A stretch of DNA of 64,000 nt, taken from contig CAZAZU010000001.1 in the NCBI GenBank assembly GCA_964490105.1, positions 710,245-774,244 on the forward strand, read 5' to 3'. The notes below the pieces were generated by a model. That model had not been told where the DNA came from. It ran no database searches and worked only from the letters and a program-made list of their open reading frames with translations. The translations under genes were made by a program, and so were the position numbers. The first letter of the stretch is position 1. Every line of letters begins with the position of its first letter. The DNA comes from an uncultured Gammaproteobacteria bacterium (GTDB taxonomy: Bacteria > Patescibacteriota > Microgenomatia > Levybacterales > UBA12049). This document shows, one piece after another, positions 22,010 through 31,066 of this stretch.

Positions 22010-23100
22010 GGAATTTGTGAAACGATGCACTCTTCTTGAGTTAATCTACATCTTATAAATTCGTGAATTTCTGAATAATCTCTTTCTCCAATTCTAGGTA
22101 CCAAAGTCCATTCAAAATTATATTTTTCACTAATAGGTGGATGCGTTAAAAGTCCGCCCCTATCATTCTCCTGATCTCCATAATCAATCACAACACTCTG
22201 TATTTTTGCATTTTGGAATTTTTGCGCAAGCTTTACAAAATCATCTAATTCAGTGTCTTTAATATCAGTGTCAACACTTTGCCCCACAGCATTATATAGA
22301 CCAACAATTTTTGTAGGATTAAATATTATCTCAAGGGAAAATATTTTATCCATAAATGCTTTAATAACTTTTTCCTGTCTTTGGGACCTAGCAAAATCAG
22401 TTCCTTCCTCTCCTTTTGCATGTCGCGACCTAACAAATTTAAGAGCAGTTTCTCCATCCATATGATTAATTCCTTTATCAAAATGCAAATGCTCGTAGCG
22501 ACATGGGAAAACTTCTAACTGAGAAGAAACGGTTGCTAACTTATCAAGATCTTCCTCCTTATTATCACACGGATCATCTTCTCTTCCTGTAATAGGGTAT
22601 TCATAATCGTCAAATGTTCTTTCGACTTCAATATCAAGCCCCCCTACTAAATCCACTGCTTTTACAAATCCTGAAAAATCAATTACAACTCCATAGTCTA
22701 TATTTTGTCCCGTAATTTTACTTGCAACAGATTTTGCTAGAACTAATCCTCCACCTTCTTTCCTAAGCTCTCCTTTAGCATAAGCTGTATTTATTTTCCC
22801 ATCAACATCAAACGACCAAACATCCCTTGGCAAAGAAACTAAGGTTACTTTAGATTCCTTTATGTTCAGACTTGCAAAAATAAGAGTATCTGAAAGGTTC
22901 GGCCCTTCATGTTTTCCGCCTCCTATTCCAAGAAGTAAAATATTTATCGTGTGCTGATCAGTTTTCTTAAGATCTATATTTTTATTAAAAATAATTTGAA
23001 AAATAAGAGGAGATAAATTTCCGCCTTTTATAATAACCTCCATACCGAGCACCACTACAAAGAATAGAAAAATGAAAAGTTTTTTAAACAGCATTTCCAA
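22006..23100 (-). CDS. LytR-CpsA-Psr (LCP) family cell-wall polymer ligase
   Basis: N-terminal TM; LSDTLIFASLN...LVSLPRDVW and FSGFVKAVDLVGGLDIEVE match the LCP catalytic domain. Confidence 0.8.
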   Translation of the reverse strand: MEMLFKKLFIFLFFVVVLGMEVIIKGGNLSPLIFQIIFNKNIDLKKTDQHTINILLLGIGGGKHEGPNLSDTLIFASLNIKESKVTLVSLPRDVWSFDVDGKINTAYAKGELRKEGGGLVLAKSVASKITGQNIDYGVVIDFSGFVKAVDLVGGLDIEVERTFDDYEYPITGREDDPCDNKEEDLDKLATVSSQLEVFPCRYEHLHFDKGINHMDGETALKFVRSRHAKGEEGTDFARSQRQEKVIKAFMDKIFSLEIIFNPTKIVGLYNAVGQSVDTDIKDTELDDFVKLAQKFQNAKIQSVVIDYGDQENDRGGLLTHPPISEKYNFEWTLVPRIGERDYSEIHEFIRCRLTQEECIVSQIP

Positions 23101-23770
23101 TGATATTAATAAAAGATTTTGGATCTAAACTCTCTCCACCAACTAAAACTCCGTCGACCAAAGAAAGACCCAGGAAAGTTTTAATATTTTCAGAATTAAC
23201 ACTTCCTCCGTAAATTACATCTTTAAATCCCATGTCTTTAATTTTTTTTGACATTTCCTCTACTTCTTTAGGACTAGACGCATTTCCGGTTCCAATTGCC
23301 CCAATCGGTTCATATGCTATCACTAGCCCCTCAGGCTTAAGCTCTAAAAGCTCATCTAAGCTTGAGATGCAGACAATTATCTTTAGTTTTTGAGAAAGTG
23401 CCTGGTCTACTTTTTTAGATATCATATTAGCGTCTTCTTTAAGATTAATTCTTCTTTCTGAATGACCAATCAGAACATACTCTGAAAACTCCTTAATCTG
23501 CTCTGCTGAAACTTCACCTGTATATGCCCCTTTGCCATACGGAGACACATCCTGAGCGCCAATTGAGAAAGGCAAACTATTAACCCTTACATAACCATTC
23601 ATAACATCAAGTAAGGTAAACGGAGGAAAAACAACGACTTTAATTCCTTCCGGAACTTCTACGCTCGAGGCGTCAACTAACCAATCTTTAGCCTCAATTT
23701 TGGTCTTATTTGACTTCCAGTTAAAGGCTAAGAGTTTATTTTTCATGTGATACAATGGGCCAAGACTCAT
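23084..23770 (-). CDS. tpiA: Triosephosphate isomerase
   Basis: LLAFNWKSN, IGHSERR and YEPIGAIGTG motifs. The start may be the internal ATG at 23746 (MKNKLLAFNWK). Confidence 0.85.
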   Translation of the reverse strand: MSLGPLYHMKNKLLAFNWKSNKTKIEAKDWLVDASSVEVPEGIKVVVFPPFTLLDVMNGYVRVNSLPFSIGAQDVSPYGKGAYTGEVSAEQIKEFSEYVLIGHSERRINLKEDANMISKKVDQALSQKLKIIVCISSLDELLELKPEGLVIAYEPIGAIGTGNASSPKEVEEMSKKIKDMGFKDVIYGGSVNSENIKTFLGLSLVDGVLVGGESLDPKSFINIIGNAV

Positions 23771-23778
23771 TATAAAGT

Positions 23779-25593
23779 ATGGACAATCTGATTCTCAAGG
23801 ATCTAAATGAAGAGCAAAAAAAAGCTGTTCTAAATAGCGATGGACCAATGATAATTCTTGCCGGAGCAGGAAGCGGAAAGACTCGAGTACTTACTTATAA
23901 AGTTATCTATTTAATTCAGGAAAAAAAAATTAACCCCCAAAATATCCTGATGGTAACTTTCACAAATAAAGCGGCAACTGAGATGAAAGAAAGAATCCAG
24001 AAATTATCTGACAACCCTGATAAACCTTTAATCGGGACATTTCATTCTCTTTGCGCAAGAATATTAAGAATTGAAGGAAAATATATCGGGTTTTCTGAAA
24101 AGTTTACGATTTATGATTCATCAGATAGCGTGGACGCAATTAAAGAAGCCATGAAACGCGCAAACATTTCAACGAAAGATTTTAAGCCATATTCAGTTCA
24201 GTCCACAATTTCTCAAGCAAAAAATCAATTGATCAATCAGCTCGAATATTTAAACTTAGCTAGAGGATATTTCCAGGAGAATGTCGCAAAAATTTATCCC
24301 TTCTATCAAATAATCCTTAAGGAAAATAATGCTTTGGATTTTGATGATTTGATTCTAAAAACTATTGAACTTTTTAACAAAAATCCGGAGGTTCTAAAAA
24401 AATATCAAGATAAATTTCAATATATTTTAGTTGATGAGTATCAAGACACTAATCAAGCGCAATACATGCTAACTAAAATGCTTTCAAAAAAATGGAAAAA
24501 TATTTGTGTTGTCGGAGATTTTTCCCAAAGCATCTATAGCTTTAGAGGAGCAAATTTTCAAAACTTAATTACATTTAATAAAGACTTTGCAAACGTAAAA
24601 ACATTTCATCTTTCTCAAAATTATAGATCGACTCAGACAATTTTAGACAGCGCATATGGGGTCATTTCAAAAAACACCTCTCATCCGGTTTTAAAACTAT
24701 GGACAGAAAATAAAGGTGGAGAAAAAATAATTTTATATGAAGCAAATAATGAACATAACGAAGCAGAATATATAATTTCCCAAATCATTAATTTGGGAAT
24801 TAATCCATCTGAAGTAGCTGTTTTATATAGAACTAACGCTCAATCTCGCGTAGTTGAAGAGGTATTTCTTCATCACGGAGTTCCATATTCTTTAGTTGGC
24901 GGAACAAGATTTTATGAAAGAAAAGAGGTTAAAGATATTTTGGCATACTTAAGAGTAATTGATAATGAAAAAGACAACGTTTCATTTAGAAGAATTGAAA
25001 AAATTGGAAAAACGAGACTTAAAAAATTCATGGAGTTCACGGAAAACTTAGATAAAGAAAACATGCAAACAATTGAAATCATGGATAAGGTAATTGAAGC
25101 CGTAGATTATCTTTCTCTTTACGATCCTAAAGATGAACAAGATATGGGACGGCTTGAAAACATAAAGGAACTTAGATCAGTGGCAATTGAATTTCCGGAT
25201 CTTTCAACATTTCTTGAAAACGTTTCACTTGTTGAACAAGAACAGCTTTCAGAACTCGCAAAAAAAGATAAAAAAAATGCTGTAACCCTTATGACTCTTC
25301 ACTCTGCTAAAGGCTTGGAATTCCCTCATGTATTTATGATTGGCATGGAAGAGGGAATTTTTCCGCACTCCCGCTCTCTTATGGAAAAAGATGAGCTTGA
25401 GGAAGAAAGAAGACTTTGCTATGTAGGAATAACTAGGGCTAAGGAAAGACTTTTTATGACTTATTCAAAAAATCGTCTTATTTATGGACAGCGATCGTCA
25501 AACACTTTATCTCGCTTTATTTTAGACATCCCAAAAGATACAATTATCATGAACGCTTCTTTTGAAAGTGAGGAAGCTCCTGAATATCTATGA
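23779..25593 (+). CDS. ATP-dependent DNA helicase UvrD/PcrA family
   Basis: AGAGSGKTRVLT Walker A, TFTNKAATEM, DEYQDTN and later helicase motifs. Confidence 0.9.
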   Translation: MDNLILKDLNEEQKKAVLNSDGPMIILAGAGSGKTRVLTYKVIYLIQEKKINPQNILMVTFTNKAATEMKERIQKLSDNPDKPLIGTFHSLCARILRIEGKYIGFSEKFTIYDSSDSVDAIKEAMKRANISTKDFKPYSVQSTISQAKNQLINQLEYLNLARGYFQENVAKIYPFYQIILKENNALDFDDLILKTIELFNKNPEVLKKYQDKFQYILVDEYQDTNQAQYMLTKMLSKKWKNICVVGDFSQSIYSFRGANFQNLITFNKDFANVKTFHLSQNYRSTQTILDSAYGVISKNTSHPVLKLWTENKGGEKIILYEANNEHNEAEYIISQIINLGINPSEVAVLYRTNAQSRVVEEVFLHHGVPYSLVGGTRFYERKEVKDILAYLRVIDNEKDNVSFRRIEKIGKTRLKKFMEFTENLDKENMQTIEIMDKVIEAVDYLSLYDPKDEQDMGRLENIKELRSVAIEFPDLSTFLENVSLVEQEQLSELAKKDKKNAVTLMTLHSAKGLEFPHVFMIGMEEGIFPHSRSLMEKDELEEERRLCYVGITRAKERLFMTYSKNRLIYGQRSSNTLSRFILDIPKDTIIMNASFESEEAPEYL

Positions 25594-26618
25594 CCTTCTC
25601 AGACATCGGAGAAAATCTAGCAGATTCATTTAATCAAGGCGCACATCATCCGCTTCAATCTTTTGAGTGGGGAGAGTTTAGAAAAAAAACAGGTGTTGGA
25701 ATTATAAGACGAGGCGTTGTAAATGGAGATAAAGTAAGTAATCCATATCAAATCTCAGTGCATAAAACTCCAAATTTTCCATATCTCATTGGTTATTTCC
25801 CAAAAGGAAAACTTCCGTCTGAAGAAGAAATTTTAGAACTTCAAAAGACAGGAATTGAAAATAATTTAAGCTTTATTCAACTAGAACCAAATGTCACAGC
25901 CGAGCAAAAAACAGGAGTCAGTAAAAATCTAAGATCGTCTTTTCATCCTCTTTTTACAAAGTATACCTTCATTCTGGATCTTACTCTCCCAGAAGAAGAG
26001 TTGCTTAAAAAAATGCATCAGAAAACTAGATACAACATTAGACTCTCTCAGAGACACGAAGTAAATGTAAAAATTAATAACAGCGAAAAAGCTTTTAAAG
26101 AATATTTAAAATTAACAAATGAAACAACGAAAAGACAAAAGTTTTATGCACACGATGAAAAATATCATAAATTAATGTGGGAAACTTTAGGAAACAAAAA
26201 AAACGAGGAGTTTAAACCGAATAGACTTCAAGCACATCTTCTTACAGCAGAATATAAAAATAAAACACTCGTCACGTATATTTTATTTACTTTTAAAGAT
26301 ACACTTTATTATCCATATGGCGCATCCAGTGATGAGCATCGAGAAGTAATGGCGTCCCCTCTAACAATGTGGGAAGCGATAAAATTTGGAAAAAGTCTAG
26401 GCTTATCTAAATTTGATATGTGGGGAGCCGCAAATGTACCTGACCCAAAACCCGATAATCCATATTATGGCTTTCATAGATTTAAAGAAGGTTTTGGAGC
26501 AAATCTTACTGAATTTGTAGGAAGTTATGATTTAGTAATTAATCCTTTAAATTACAGACTATTAACTGTAGCAGATAAAATAAGATGGGCCTATCTAAAA
26601 GGAAAAAAGCTCAAATAA
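25590..26618 (+). CDS. FemAB-family peptidoglycan interpeptide-bridge aminoacyltransferase
   Basis: N-terminal LQSFEWGEFRKK and overall size fit FemX/FemAB. Confidence 0.7.
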   Translation: MTFSDIGENLADSFNQGAHHPLQSFEWGEFRKKTGVGIIRRGVVNGDKVSNPYQISVHKTPNFPYLIGYFPKGKLPSEEEILELQKTGIENNLSFIQLEPNVTAEQKTGVSKNLRSSFHPLFTKYTFILDLTLPEEELLKKMHQKTRYNIRLSQRHEVNVKINNSEKAFKEYLKLTNETTKRQKFYAHDEKYHKLMWETLGNKKNEEFKPNRLQAHLLTAEYKNKTLVTYILFTFKDTLYYPYGASSDEHREVMASPLTMWEAIKFGKSLGLSKFDMWGAANVPDPKPDNPYYGFHRFKEGFGANLTEFVGSYDLVINPLNYRLLTVADKIRWAYLKGKKLK

Positions 26619-27126
26619 TATAAAGCCGCAATTCGTTCTCCTTATCAATTTTCTTTAGAGGCAATTTCATTTCATATTTATAACTTACAATTCTAGTTCC
26701 TTTTTTTAATTCTTTTCTAAATTTTGGAATTAATCTATTTAAAGTTTGCGGAACCAAATATACATATAAAACTGTAGCATTATTTAAATCCTCTTTGTAA
26801 AAATTTCCTCTAACAAGTTTTATGTTTTTATTTTGACCGATTCTCCAAACGGTAAATTTAGAAATTAAAAACCTAAACGGTTCTATCTCAATTCCAACAC
26901 CCTTTGCTCCAAAATCTTTAGCTGCGACAACTAAAGCAGTTGCGCCCCCAGAACCCAATTCATATACAACATCTTTTTTGGAAAGATTCGCTAACTTAAA
27001 TGCAGCTCTTGCTGTTTTTTTATGAGTTCTCCACCTAGGTGACCATGGTGAATCAGGAGGCCAAATCCATGATAATAGAATTAAAGATAGAAGTATTAGT
27101 ATTAAAAAGATTAAATTAATAATCAC
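26611..27126 (-). CDS. Membrane-anchored class I SAM-dependent methyltransferase
   Basis: N-terminal TM; VYELGSGGATAL (motif I); coupled 1 nt downstream of sodX. Confidence 0.6.
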   Translation of the reverse strand: MIINLIFLILILLSLILLSWIWPPDSPWSPRWRTHKKTARAAFKLANLSKKDVVYELGSGGATALVVAAKDFGAKGVGIEIEPFRFLISKFTVWRIGQNKNIKLVRGNFYKEDLNNATVLYVYLVPQTLNRLIPKFRKELKKGTRIVSYKYEMKLPLKKIDKENELRLYII

Positions 27127-27411
27127 TTAGATTTTAAGAATTACCTTGGCTTTTATTTGATTCCTTTTAACAGATCCGAACCGACGACTATCAAAACTGT
27201 CTTTTTTATTGTCTCCTACCAAGAAGTATTTTCCCTTTTCTATCTTAGCAATTCTCTTAATATAAAATCTGTTGAATTTTTCAAAAACCACTACATCTCT
27301 TTTTTTTGGACGAGCAAAAATTAAAGGCAGGGAACTTACCAAAACATTATCTCCTTCTGAATAAGTTGGGGCCATCGAGTGGCCAGATATTTTAAAACGA
27401 GAAAGAAGCAT
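27127..27411 (-). CDS. sodX: Ni-SOD maturation protease SodX (S26 signal-peptidase-like, TM-less)
   Basis: Has SGHSMAPT (catalytic Ser) and GDNKKDSFDSRRFG, the SPase I box. Only 94 aa with no TM. Its start overlaps the sodN stop. Confidence 0.65.
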   Translation of the reverse strand: MLLSRFKISGHSMAPTYSEGDNVLVSSLPLIFARPKKRDVVVFEKFNRFYIKRIAKIEKGKYFLVGDNKKDSFDSRRFGSVKRNQIKAKVILKI

Positions 27412-27911
27412 TAACTTTGTACCACAATTTCTAGGCCGGTAGGGAATGGGGCTTTTACCCTATGGGATTCAAGTCCTTTTGATTTATAAAATATTTCAGC
27501 GATCAACATTACTTTTTCCAAAAGCTCTTTTGCGCTTTCCATATCTATTCCGGTTCTTGCTTTTGCTCCTAACTTTTTAGCATCTTCAAACAACGCTTCT
27601 AGTTCTGGAAATTTTGAGAAATTATTTTTAAAATAATCATCCTCAAGAGTTGAAAGCTCGTGCTCTAAAATATTTGAATGTTCTTCCTTTACATGAGTTA
27701 CCCGACTAACATCATGCTCTGCTTTTAACTCATCATCGCGCTTAATCAAACTTAAAAGCTCGGTCATTCTTATAATAGTATGTGCGGCGACTTGAGCTTG
27801 ATGCGGATCATAAATCCCGCAAGGAATATCACAATGCGCATAAGCGGTTCTGGAAGGCAAAATATTTAATAAAAAACTAAGCTTCATGTGGAATGATAAT
27901 AGAAAACTCAC
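27411..27911 (-). CDS. sodN: Nickel-containing superoxide dismutase precursor
   Basis: After a propeptide of about 25 aa comes HCDIPCGIYDPHQAQ, the Ni-hook motif of Ni-SOD. Confidence 0.85.
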   Translation of the reverse strand: MSFLLSFHMKLSFLLNILPSRTAYAHCDIPCGIYDPHQAQVAAHTIIRMTELLSLIKRDDELKAEHDVSRVTHVKEEHSNILEHELSTLEDDYFKNNFSKFPELEALFEDAKKLGAKARTGIDMESAKELLEKVMLIAEIFYKSKGLESHRVKAPFPTGLEIVVQS

Positions 27912-27928
27912 TAAAAAATGTCAAGGAA

Positions 27929-28477
27929 TTAGGCAGCTCTCTGTTCGTCAAAACCTTCCGCAACAAAAACATCCTGAGGTGGCCTAGTTTCATCTCTAGC
28001 ATCTTGTGCTTCAAGTGTTCGATTGCGTTCATCAGCAAGCTTTCGATCACGAGCGGCAATTTCCATAGCCCAAATTTCTTCTTGCCTTTGCTTTCCAAGA
28101 ACTATTTCTTCCTCTTCTATAGCAATTCTTCTTGCAACTACGGGATCTTGGGTCAATTCTAATCTATATTGCCTTACCAGTAGAGCAAACTCTTGTGGAT
28201 TTGCAAATACCCTACGTGGATCCAGAACTTGAGTATCCCAAGTGGCATATGGATTAGTAGATTCAGCTACACTTGCACTCATAGGAATATCATTTCCTAT
28301 CTCATTACTATATGGATCGCGCCTTAATTTCAACCCGGTAACCGTTGGATCTCCAAGTGGACCAAGCGCAAATTGCCGTGCAATATTATGCTTTATCCTG
28401 TCTTCACGAGTCAGATTCTCTCTTTCTGGAGAAAGAGCAGTGTGCTCAACTTGGGGAGCCGAGTCAGGACTTGACAT
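27929..28477 (-). CDS. ORFan, compositionally atypical (about 45% GC), Glu/Arg-rich coiled-coil C-terminus
   Basis: Long ORF in a region whose GC is far above the window background; no recognisable domain. Confidence 0.4.
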   Translation of the reverse strand: MSSPDSAPQVEHTALSPERENLTREDRIKHNIARQFALGPLGDPTVTGLKLRRDPYSNEIGNDIPMSASVAESTNPYATWDTQVLDPRRVFANPQEFALLVRQYRLELTQDPVVARRIAIEEEEIVLGKQRQEEIWAMEIAARDRKLADERNRTLEAQDARDETRPPQDVFVAEGFDEQRAA

Positions 28478-28571
28478 AAAACAATATTCGCTCGTTTAGC
28501 CCGAATTGTCAATATATAGTTTAATTTCTTATTGATTAATAGTTAATTTTTGTGTAAATATTATTAGTTAG

Positions 28572-29183
28572 ATGGCAAATCCAGCCGAACTAGCCAGATT
28601 TAAAAATTTAACTCCCGATCGAGCTCATGCGCTTTCTCCCTTAAGAATCCCCCCAGAGATAAAAAGATTTCCCAGAGGAATTGACTTAGTTAACGGGATT
28701 AATGTCCAACATGATAATAACAATGGAGTAATTTACGAAGAGCAATGCTTCGAAGACTATACGATGCGACTCCCAAATAACCAGGTTGCAATAGGACCGC
28801 ATTTACTCGATAGGGCTATTGCACTTGGAGGAACACCATTAATACAATTTGCAAGACCTGATGCTTTAAAATTCCAATTTACACATGGAAACTTAGAGCT
28901 GGTAGAAATGGCAGAATTTAAAAGTAGGAAAAAAAATGGTATCACTGCATTAAAAGAAAAAATTTCCGCTTTTCCTGATTTGCTTGATTATTTAAGACTC
29001 AGACCTAGACTATTAGCTCGACTACTTAATGATGCTGCAGATAACGAGATTGATATTGGTAAAATTATAATTCCTCCTAATGTTGACATAAAAGTCCTGG
29101 TAATTAGCGCTCACTTATATCCGATAACGCCATCCGTCCTTCCATTTGAAACTAGATTTGAATATGCTCGATTAAAAACCTAA
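28572..29183 (+). CDS. ORFan, compositionally atypical, divergent from 27929..28477
   Basis: 203-aa ORF with non-local amino-acid usage (R/L/P-rich); no recognisable domain. Confidence 0.4.
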   Translation: MANPAELARFKNLTPDRAHALSPLRIPPEIKRFPRGIDLVNGINVQHDNNNGVIYEEQCFEDYTMRLPNNQVAIGPHLLDRAIALGGTPLIQFARPDALKFQFTHGNLELVEMAEFKSRKKNGITALKEKISAFPDLLDYLRLRPRLLARLLNDAADNEIDIGKIIIPPNVDIKVLVISAHLYPITPSVLPFETRFEYARLKT

Positions 29184-29228
29184 GCACCCTTTCCCTAGCC
29201 ACGAATTTATGATAAAATCTTTTGACAT

Positions 29229-29300
29229 TCCGTGATAGCTCAATGGTAGAGCAATTCGCTGTTAACGAAAAGGTTCTAGGTTCGAGTCCTAGTCACGGAG
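29229..29300 (+). tRNA. tRNA-Asn (anticodon GTT)
   Basis: Cloverleaf: acceptor TCCGTGA/TCACGGA, D-arm GCTC..GAGC, anticodon loop CTGTTAA, T-arm CTAGGTTCGAGTCCTAG, discriminator G. CCA is not encoded. Confidence 0.9.
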
Positions 29301-29359
29301 CAGAGTTTTAAATATTATAAACGCGTGATTTTCTTTTAATCTGTGGTAGAATAAATAAA

Positions 29360-29860
29360 ATGAGTAAACTAATTAATTGTCTCTGGTTCGCTAACAATAA
29401 CGGAGAAGAGGCTGCAAATTACTACATAGATACTTTTAATTCAGCTCCAGGTGAACACTCTGCAAAACTTGGAGACATCACAAAAGCTCCAAAAGGAGTA
29501 GAGGAAGTTGGAGGAATATCGGAAGGATCTGTTTTAACTGCTGAATGTGAAATTGATGGAATAAGCTTTATGTTTCTTAATGGTGGACCTGTTGAACAGT
29601 TCAAACTAAATGGCGCCACTTCATATATTATCGAGTGCGAAACACAAGAAGAAATTGATTTCTTTTGGGAAAAGTTATCTGCAGTTCCAGAAGCTGAACA
29701 ATGCGGATGGTGCACAGATAAGTTTGGCGTCACATGGCAAATAACACCAAGGATTTTAGATGAAATGATGCGCGACCCTGAAAAAGCAGAAGCTGTAACA
29801 AAAGTCTTTATGCCAATGAAAAAACTTGACCTCGAAGCGATCCGAAAAGCCGGAGAATAA
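29360..29860 (+). CDS. PhnB/YjdN-like VOC-superfamily protein
   Basis: N-terminal INCLWFANNNGEEAANYY, characteristic of the PhnB-like family; GC mildly elevated. Confidence 0.65.
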   Translation: MSKLINCLWFANNNGEEAANYYIDTFNSAPGEHSAKLGDITKAPKGVEEVGGISEGSVLTAECEIDGISFMFLNGGPVEQFKLNGATSYIIECETQEEIDFFWEKLSAVPEAEQCGWCTDKFGVTWQITPRILDEMMRDPEKAEAVTKVFMPMKKLDLEAIRKAGE

Positions 29861-29866
29861 AATATC

Positions 29867-30151
29867 CTATAAACCAAACATCTCGGCGAGATCTCCTACC
29901 CCTAAGGTTCCCCACATAATTACAAATCCTAAAACCATTCTTAATTTAGTGGGTATCGTAAATCCAAACTTTTTCTTTAAAAGCGTATTGACTTGAGGAA
30001 AATAAATTAATGAAATAATTAGATAAAGGATTCCCGGAACAGGATGTACTAAAAACACATTGAGGATTCCAATTATGATAAATAATATTCCAAATATGTA
30101 ACTTATTATTTTAAGTATTTCTACGTTTGAGCTAGCGCTAGCATTTTTCAT
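29867..30151 (-). CDS. Small two/three-TM membrane protein
   Basis: Hydrophobic 94-aa ORF at the 3' end of the XRE-containing cluster. Confidence 0.45.
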   Translation of the reverse strand: MKNASASSNVEILKIISYIFGILFIIIGILNVFLVHPVPGILYLIISLIYFPQVNTLLKKKFGFTIPTKLRMVLGFVIMWGTLGVGDLAEMFGL

Positions 30152-30157
30152 ATTTTT

Positions 30158-30280
30158 CTAACTTCCTGCCAATGGCCAAGTGTCGACAATTCCAACTGCT
30201 AAGTGCACATAACCTAATAATAGAGCCAGAATTATCAGAGCTGCAACTATAATAATAGGTTTTTTGTTTTTTATTTTCAT
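30158..30280 (-). CDS. Unlisted 40-aa single-TM peptide (MKIKNKKPIIIVAALIILALLLGYVHLAVGIVDTWPLAGS)
   Basis: Strong Shine-Dalgarno GGAGGTGA 5 nt upstream of the ATG; below the 60-aa cutoff of the ORF track. Confidence 0.4.
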   Translation of the reverse strand: MKIKNKKPIIIVAALIILALLLGYVHLAVGIVDTWPLAGS

Positions 30281-30307
30281 TTACTCACCTCCTTTAACTC
30301 AATGAAT

Positions 30308-30520
30308 TTATTCTTTGTCGTTTTTATATTCCAGAATATCTCCGGGCTGACAATCAAGAGCTTTACAGATTGCTTCAAGTGTAGAAAAACGAATAGCTCT
30401 CGCCTTTCCATTTTTTAGAATTGAAAGATTAGCCATGGTAATACCCACTTTTTCCGAAAGCTCTGTAACGCTCATCTTGCGACGAGCTAACATAACATCA
30501 ATATTAATAACTATTCCCAT
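30308..30520 (-). CDS. XRE-family HTH transcriptional regulator (YozG-like)
   Basis: MSVTELSEKVGITMANLSILKNGKARAIRFSTLEAICKALDCQPGDIL matches short Cro/C1-type regulators that pair with DUF2975 membrane proteins. Confidence 0.8.
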   Translation of the reverse strand: MGIVINIDVMLARRKMSVTELSEKVGITMANLSILKNGKARAIRFSTLEAICKALDCQPGDILEYKNDKE

Positions 30521-30531
30521 ATCCTGCCTTT

Positions 30532-31008
30532 CTAAACTGTAAGATCGTTCTCTGACTTTAAATCCACTGCGTTTTGGAAAAGTTTTTGAAAAAGAGTAGC
30601 AGCTGTTCCAATAACACTAACTGCAAATAGTGCAATAATTCCAAGCATTGTTGGACCAGCTGGATCATCACCACTTGCTGCGAGGCGAATAAAAATTATT
30701 GCTATTAAAATGAAACCAATAAGACTTAGAGATGCGAACTTCATATTTCTAAGTGTATTAACTGCCGCTTGGGAAAAAGCTTTATCGGCGTCAATTAAAT
30801 TTAATAATTTGAAAGCTTGATATAACCCGATAAAAAATGGGGTAGAGGCTATATACGTATAGATAATTAGAGGATCTTTATAAATATTTATTAAATCTAG
30901 CCCTTCAGCTCTTCCCTCGAGTTGAGGAAACCAAATCATACCGATAAGAGCACCCGCTGCGAGAAGACAAATAACAAATCTAAGGAACAAAGTGGAACTT
31001 CTTTTCAT
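30532..31008 (-). CDS. DUF2975-like four-TM membrane protein
   Basis: Four hydrophobic helices, immediately upstream of the YozG-like regulator. Confidence 0.55.
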   Translation of the reverse strand: MKRSSTLFLRFVICLLAAGALIGMIWFPQLEGRAEGLDLINIYKDPLIIYTYIASTPFFIGLYQAFKLLNLIDADKAFSQAAVNTLRNMKFASLSLIGFILIAIIFIRLAASGDDPAGPTMLGIIALFAVSVIGTAATLFQKLFQNAVDLKSENDLTV

Positions 31009-31066
31009 ATATCTAATTCTAACCTGCTATTTATCGTTTGTCAATATATTATTATCGTTATTCAAG

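Noticed and set aside
28023-28499. Plus-strand ORFs 28023..28232 and 28242..28499, and the minus-strand ORF 28757..28945
   Set aside because: Overlap the longer ORFan ORFs in GC-rich DNA; the shorter alternatives are less parsimonious.
29422-29877. 151-aa minus-strand ORF
   Set aside because: Antisense to the PhnB-like CDS, which has a diagnostic N-terminal motif.
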